NCBI GenBank assembly: GCA_905178155.1
Contig: CAJINV010000003.1
Location: forward strand, 5,484,728-5,545,775
Direction of reading: 5' to 3'
DNA from: Amoebophrya sp. A120
Lineage: Eukaryota > Protista > Dinoflagellata
DNA length: 61,048 nucleotides
The translations under genes were made by a program, and so were the position numbers. Of this stretch, positions 55,191 to 61,048 are shown one piece after another. How positions within the stretch are numbered: position 1 is the first letter of the stretch; each line of letters starts with the position of its first letter. The notes below the pieces were generated by a model that worked only from the letters and a program-made list of their open reading frames with translations, was not told where the DNA came from and searched no databases.

Positions 55191-56354
55191 ATGCCGACGC
55201 TAGATCGAAAGATCATCTGCCCGGAGATAAAGAACTCCGAGGGCTGGACGATGTGGAAGCATAAAACCAAATCGATGATGAGCATGGTATTGGAATTGGA
55301 CGCACATTGGCAGGCAATTTTGAACGACAACACCCAGCAGACGAACTTTCAAAATGTTCAGCCTGTTTTGACAGCACAGCAAAAGCAAGATGTGTTTTCC
55401 CTCGAGTCCACATTTTTAAATGCATTGCAAGACGACGCAGCAAAATTGATCACGAACAGCCAGACAGTGGGTTTTGTAAAGTGCTACTTCCTTCTGTCAT
55501 CGCACTGGGATCAGAAAGCGTCTCCAATTGACAGCGACACCACTAACAACGAACTAATCACTGTCTGCTACGACATGGAGAAGGATGGAGATTTTTCTCT
55601 CTGGATCTACGCCGAGAAATGCAGCAAAATCATCCTTCTGCAAGACAGATACCCAGATGCTGCTGCGATCAGTCGTCAGATGTGGGATGTCCTCAAATTC
55701 CGACTTGGCCCGACTTGCATGAAAACAATCATGGCGGAAGTCAGAAACTTGAACAATCCAGCTGCGACTTGGGAGAAAGAAGGAATTGCGATGGTGGTCG
55801 ATTTCATTAAATCCGGCAGAATGAATATTGAAAAAGAACAACAGGCGACTTTGCATTTAGCACGATCTAACGTCGCCCCCGCAAACGCAAACCCCAATGC
55901 GTTTCTTGCTGGTGCATCATCATCATCGTCTTCTTCTTCCAACAAAAATTCCAACTTCATCGTCGCACCGGAAGGCGCGACCTTCGAACAGCAATTGATG
56001 CGTCAATCCATCAATAACCAAACCGCCTCAGTTATGATGAATAAGGGTCACAAAGGACAGGGAAAACACAACAACAAAAACTACAACTCCAATACCTATG
56101 CGAATCGAAATCAGCCCTATGGTAACAACGCGCAGAATCAAGGAGGCCTCTGGTGTACGTATTGCCAACGTCCAGGACATGATGTTCATTACTGCTATCG
56201 CAAGAAACGCCAGCAGGAGAAGAAGACTGCCCCACCACCCGCGAACAACTACGGCAACAACCACAAGAAGGGCGGTGGTGGTGGCAAGGGCGGTGGCAAA
56301 CACGGCGCGAAGAAAGGTGGCTACAAGAATCACCAGAAGGGTCGCAAGTGGTGA
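55191..56354 (+). CDS. gag: Gag
   Basis: Zinc knuckle CTYCQRPGHDVHYC; first ORF after the LTR. Confidence 0.9.
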   Translation: MPTLDRKIICPEIKNSEGWTMWKHKTKSMMSMVLELDAHWQAILNDNTQQTNFQNVQPVLTAQQKQDVFSLESTFLNALQDDAAKLITNSQTVGFVKCYFLLSSHWDQKASPIDSDTTNNELITVCYDMEKDGDFSLWIYAEKCSKIILLQDRYPDAAAISRQMWDVLKFRLGPTCMKTIMAEVRNLNNPAATWEKEGIAMVVDFIKSGRMNIEKEQQATLHLARSNVAPANANPNAFLAGASSSSSSSSNKNSNFIVAPEGATFEQQLMRQSINNQTASVMMNKGHKGQGKHNNKNYNSNTYANRNQPYGNNAQNQGGLWCTYCQRPGHDVHYCYRKKRQQEKKTAPPPANNYGNNHKKGGGGGKGGGKHGAKKGGYKNHQKGRKW

Positions 56355-59300
56355 CACAAGGACCACGATTCTGCTGCTGATGTCGATGATAAATCGACGC
56401 TGTTTGGTTCAAAACACGACGCCACAATCGATGTTGAATTGGAATCAAATTTTGTGGATGTGTCAAAGAACACTGCTAAAGACGACTATGCATTTGATGA
56501 CGGCGAAAACTACTACTCGCGCTTCTACACAAATCACGATGTTACTACCGACAATCAAAAATCGTCATTGTGCAAGATCGATCAATCAATGCCGATTATA
56601 GAGCGCAAGATCAATAAATCCATTTTGGAAGAAGGTTCGGCAGAGGAAAGAAAACAGAGGACAAACAGGGATACCCTCGACAGTGGCACTACTCATTACG
56701 TGTCAAGTGTGCTTAGCGATTTTGTGTCCTTTCGCTCCAATCCTGTGAAAATCAATGGAGTTGGTGGCACTTTGCAAGCGAAAAATCCTCCAAGGATAGG
56801 AAGGCTGAAGACGAATCGACTTGGTTACTCAGTAGGTATTTTTCCCAGCGCTTTGCCCGTGCGCCGCCTTTTACCTACAACGAACCACCCTGAACGCAAT
56901 GGGTTGGTCAGTAAAGCTAGAACCAAAAGCAGTAGCCAAGTCTGAGATAGTTTCAAGATTCGCAGATGTCGCAGTGCCATTAGAAAATAACCCGCCTGAC
57001 TTACCATTTTTGCCTGATGGTGCGCTTTTCGGCACGGGTGTGGCTTTATACTGCAGAGAATTTGAAGAGGTTTTGTCTGAGGAAGACGCTTTCACCGCGT
57101 CGCGTTTCGGTTGCAATCTTTTCACACCTGACTGCTTATCCAACTGCTGCAAAAAGCGTCGCGTAGGACAGCTCGATGAGTCTGCTTCTGTTTTCACTGG
57201 AGATGCCTTGGCCGACTGCGTAGAGGATTTTGAGCATTTATGCTACTTGTCCAAGTTAGACAGACACCGAAGACGTGGCCACATCCATGTCCCAGGTGAA
57301 GATCTGTTTTGCCCTGAGTGCGCCCTCGCAAAGGGTGGCAGGTCAGGTGCTAGGAAAGAACGACCACAGAAGTACTCTGATCCAACACCGCTAAAGCAAC
57401 TTGATGCTGATTTTTGGGGTCCAGTCAAACCCGTCAGCTTGACAGGCAATTCATGGCTATTGATTTTCATTTGCCCTGCTGTTGCGCGTGTGCTTGAGTT
57501 CAAGTTGAAGCACAAAGATCAGGCCTACGCAGTCGTAGAACGGCTAATCAAGCAACTTCGCGCATCGGACAGCATCGACTTGACAGATAAGGTCGTATGG
57601 TTTGTCCGCAGTGACAACGGCCCCACGTTCAGAGCAAAGAAGTGGGAGGAAACGCTCCAAGCGCTCTCCGTTTTTCGGCAGCACTCAGTCCCATACGTGC
57701 CACAAAAGAATGGCGCGCGCGAACGCTTCATGGGTACACTGGGTCCCGGTTTGAGGGCTATTTTAGTTGGTGTCGATTTGAGACTTTGGGACTATGCCGC
57801 TTCTTATTTTGTATACACGTGGAATCGCTTACAGCGGAAATTCTACAAGCGCGCCCCTCAGTTCAATGGTCTCTCACCTTTGGAAGCTTGTCGAGCGACA
57901 GAGGAAGTCACTGCAAAATGACCGGAAAGTTTCTCGCACAGAACCCCAAGAGCCCGATGAGATATTGAAGACTTCGCATTTTGACTCCAGGATGCGTCGC
58001 TTCGGTTGCCTCGCTTATTTCCTGAAGCAGCCAGTAGAAGGGGTCAAGAAACTTGTAGAGAAGTACACAAAAGGAGTCTTTCTTGGGTATTGCGATCAGT
58101 CCTCGCGCTATCTCGTTGGAACTTATGTGAAGGATGATCGATACTCCAAGGCCGGCGCTTTGCGCTGGGCAGTTTACGAAACAAACGCCGTGAAGTTTCT
58201 TTGTCGAGTCAGTTTTGATCGACAATGTTGACTCTCTACGCCCAGGGTACCGCGGTGGCGTCGTAGTTTCAGACGACCAGCTCCTGCAGACTATCTGTGG
58301 CTCGAAGGACAATGCCCGGGTGGTTGGTTCTGATCGGGATTGTGCTCCTGTGCGCAAAAATCCGGGTGGTTCAGAGGTCTCAGGTTCTGGGGGGGTTGGC
58401 GGGTCCAACTCCCTGCCACTTTTAGAAGTCGGGAAAGCAGCTTCACAAGAACACGCTCACAGCGCATCCTCTGCCTCGTTCAAAGACATCAATCTTCAGT
58501 CAATCAAATCAGCATGCCAGTGGTGACAATTCGCAAGTACAAAATCCGCAATCCGCACCTGAGTCCGTTTCATCACGCGCGCCCGCCCGTAACACGGTTG
58601 AACACCATGAGCCAGACCCTGAGGTGGTCTGTGGTCGCGAAAAGACCAAGCGCCCGCGCGGTAGGCCCAAAGGAGCTAAGGACAAGACGCAACGCACGCG
58701 CAGGACAAAGCAGCAATTGTCCGAAGCTCAGAACTCAGACGCGTTCTATGCCGACTTTGCAGAAGTGGCCAATGAATGTTATGTATGTGACAGCGTCGTA
58801 GACGATTTCGAAGAGGGTGAAGAGTTAGTCGAAGCATTTCCACAGTTCGCGAACGTTGCCGCGATGAACTCGCCAGATGCGCCGCACTGGTTAGAAGCCA
58901 AATCCCTCGAGAAGTGCAAGCTTGAGGCGTTTCAGACGTGGAGAATGCCTACTCCAGAAGAGTTCGAACGCGCTAAGACCACAGGCGTGGCCCCGATAGC
59001 ATTGGCACTTACCCGCAAGCGCTGCGGAAAGTTCAAATGCCGTGCTGTCGTATTAGGTAATCTCTACCAGCCCGGTGGTGAGTTAGAAGTTTACGCGCCC
59101 GCAATCAGCTTTGGAGCCTCGCGCTACCTGCTGATCGATGCCGCCGCGCATGGTGATGCCATAATCTTGTTTGACATTGACAACGCATTCGTACAGAGCT
59201 TGATCGATTCGGAAATTTTCATTCGTCTGCCAAAGGAATGGCGTGAGCAAAACGACGATGGTATTCGGAAGCTAGTTCGTGCCCTTTATGGGTTACCACA

Positions 59301-60587
59301 ATCCCCGAGACTGTGGGCAAAGCACTACGAAAAGAAGTTAGTCAGTCTCGGTTGGACACAGTCAACAGAAAAAGGGTTGTGGAGTGAGAAAGCTCTCCAA
59401 GGCCACGGGCAACAACTTCCAGAGTTATAAGAAGTTCAGTAAGTATATGAAGATGGGAGTTTATGTAGATGACAACACCGCAACAGGCCCGGACGCGCAA
59501 GAGCTTAGGCATGAAGTCAGTTTGATTTTGAAAGAGTTACCTGGCAAGATCATTGAGCCCGAAGGAACACCAGCCAAATGGTGATCTTTTGTATGATCAG
59601 CTCGGTGCAGACGTCCACTACAACCCGAACAAGTACAAAGCACGCACTTGCATGCAGAGTTACATCCGAACAAAGCTAGCTCCGAAGTTTGGCATGGTTG
59701 GTTGCAAGAAAGTTGACAATCCATGTTTCACCGAGTCAGCTCTGTACGATACCGCCTCGCCCGAAGTGAAATTCCCGCTGCGGGAAGCTGTAGGTGCCCT
59801 GCAATGGTGTGTAACGATTTGCAGGCCCGACATCGCGCAGCCCGTTAACTGCCTCGCTAAGGTAGCAAGCAAGCCCTGGACCAAAGCAGTAGTCGCATGC
59901 GTAAAGAAAGTTTTGCGCTATGTCATTCACACCGAAGACGTAGGCATCGACTACTCACCCGAGAACGATCAAAAGTTCAAGCAGGTATACGGATCACTTC
60001 TGCAAAAGGGAGAAAAGTTGAAAGACTGGAATCTCTTCACCGACGCAAGTTTTGCGTCTTGTTTTGTAACTTTGAAAAGCACGCCTGGCGCTCTGCTGTA
60101 CTACAGAGTCGCCCCCATCGTGTGGAAGACCGCGCGCCAATCGGTCAGAACGCATTCCACATTCGAAGCAGAGTTTGTAGCTGGCTCTGATGGACTTATC
60201 ATGTCCGAGACTTGCACTTTCAAGGGTTTTCTAGAAGATCGCGATGCTAGCGAAGATCTTTGGATGGACAATCAGACCGCCATCACGGTCGCCAAGACGC
60301 CAGGCGATGCACAGCGCCCGCGTAGCCGCCACGTTGCCCTGCGCTACCACAAAGTTGCGGATGAATGCGAAAAGATTAAGTTCTGTCCCACTGAGCATAT
60401 GCAAGCTGACTGCCTCACAAAGAACAATGTGCCTCGTGAAGTTCGAGACCACGTCTTCCACCACAGTCCGCACATGACGAACAAGAGGAAAGCGAAAGTG
60501 TCTGAAGACCCTGAAGAGGTCGACGCTTGTTTCACTGTGGTAGGCGTGCCCGGTCTCTTCTTTTCACTTGAAGACCTTTGGGCTTAG
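56355..60587 (+). pseudogene. pol: Frameshifted Pol (protease, integrase, RT, RNase H)
   Basis: LDSGTTH; DADFWGP/RSDNGPTF/PQKNGARER; DIDNAF/LYGLPQSPRLW/YVDD; TDASFA/EAEF/MDNQTAI/ADCLTK, spread over about 7 ORF pieces. Confidence 0.92.
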
Positions 60588-60766
60588 AAAGGAACTCTTA
60601 TACGCCGGAGCCCCTTGCGCTTTTTCATGCCGTAGCCATCCTGATCGCTTTTACACGAAAAATTTGTGATCCACCATCCTGCTTTGCTTTTTCGCTGCAA
60701 GCTTCTGGTGGTGATTTTGTCGCACAGCTTTTACTTGCTGCGATTTTCGAAAAACGGCTTGCGCTT

Positions 60767-60777
60767 GGGGGGGGGAA
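60767..60777 (+). promoter_or_regulatory. Polypurine tract
   Basis: G-run plus AA immediately before the 3' LTR. Confidence 0.85.
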
Positions 60778-61048
60778 TGTTGACTAGAGCTTTAGCACGC
60801 CGCAGTTTATGCGTGTTCCAGCTCCTCCGCGTTGCTCCATCGATCTCGATCTCAAGCACAGTAACGATCACACGCTCCTGTTTAGCTTAGTCGTCTCGCC
60901 GTCTCGTCGTGATTCCGAAACAGAACGAATCAATCCATCTTGAAACACGTTGAAACGCAGATGTGAATCAGTGAGAAGTTCTGAATCATCTTCAATGAAA
61001 CGATGCGAACTCGACCGCTCTTCGTATGCTTATCGATGTGTTCAGAAT
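60778..61048 (+). repeat. 3' LTR (partial)
   Basis: Direct repeat of 54751-55021. Confidence 0.95.

Larger units (their letters stand above)
54751..61048 (+). mobile_element. Ty1/copia LTR retrotransposon (3' LTR cut by window end)
   Basis: Two LTRs, PBS, PPT, gag and pol in PR-INT-RT-RH order. Confidence 0.97.

Overview
Eukaryotic DNA. By my reconstruction, positions 1-52221 are one very large minus-strand gene, open at both window ends, with about 27 kb of exon (about 9,000 aa). It encodes BspA/DUF285-type repeats, PKD-like 'WGD' modules, kringles, PAN/apple, PLAT-like and F5/8/fucolectin-like domains. The reading frame is interrupted 46 times. Every interruption is a MITE-like element with terminal inverted repeats (typically TAT...ATA) and a 5-bp target duplication, and I found no ordinary GT-AG intron. 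At the junctions I translated, removing the element plus one duplication copy restores the frame. These look like non-canonical transposon-derived introns (introners), similar to those described in the parasitic dinoflagellate Amoebophrya; the taxon is an inference. About 11 TIR families are present, several in both orientations, and they share a repeated internal motif TGTNWTGC/GCAWNACA. The introners host nested cargo: a Helitron, a 2.9-kb OTU-protease insert, three short inserts at the internal motif, an introner inside an introner, a satellite element and a Ty1/copia LTR retrotransposon. Family letters are my own labels. Splicing is inferred from frame restoration, not observed.
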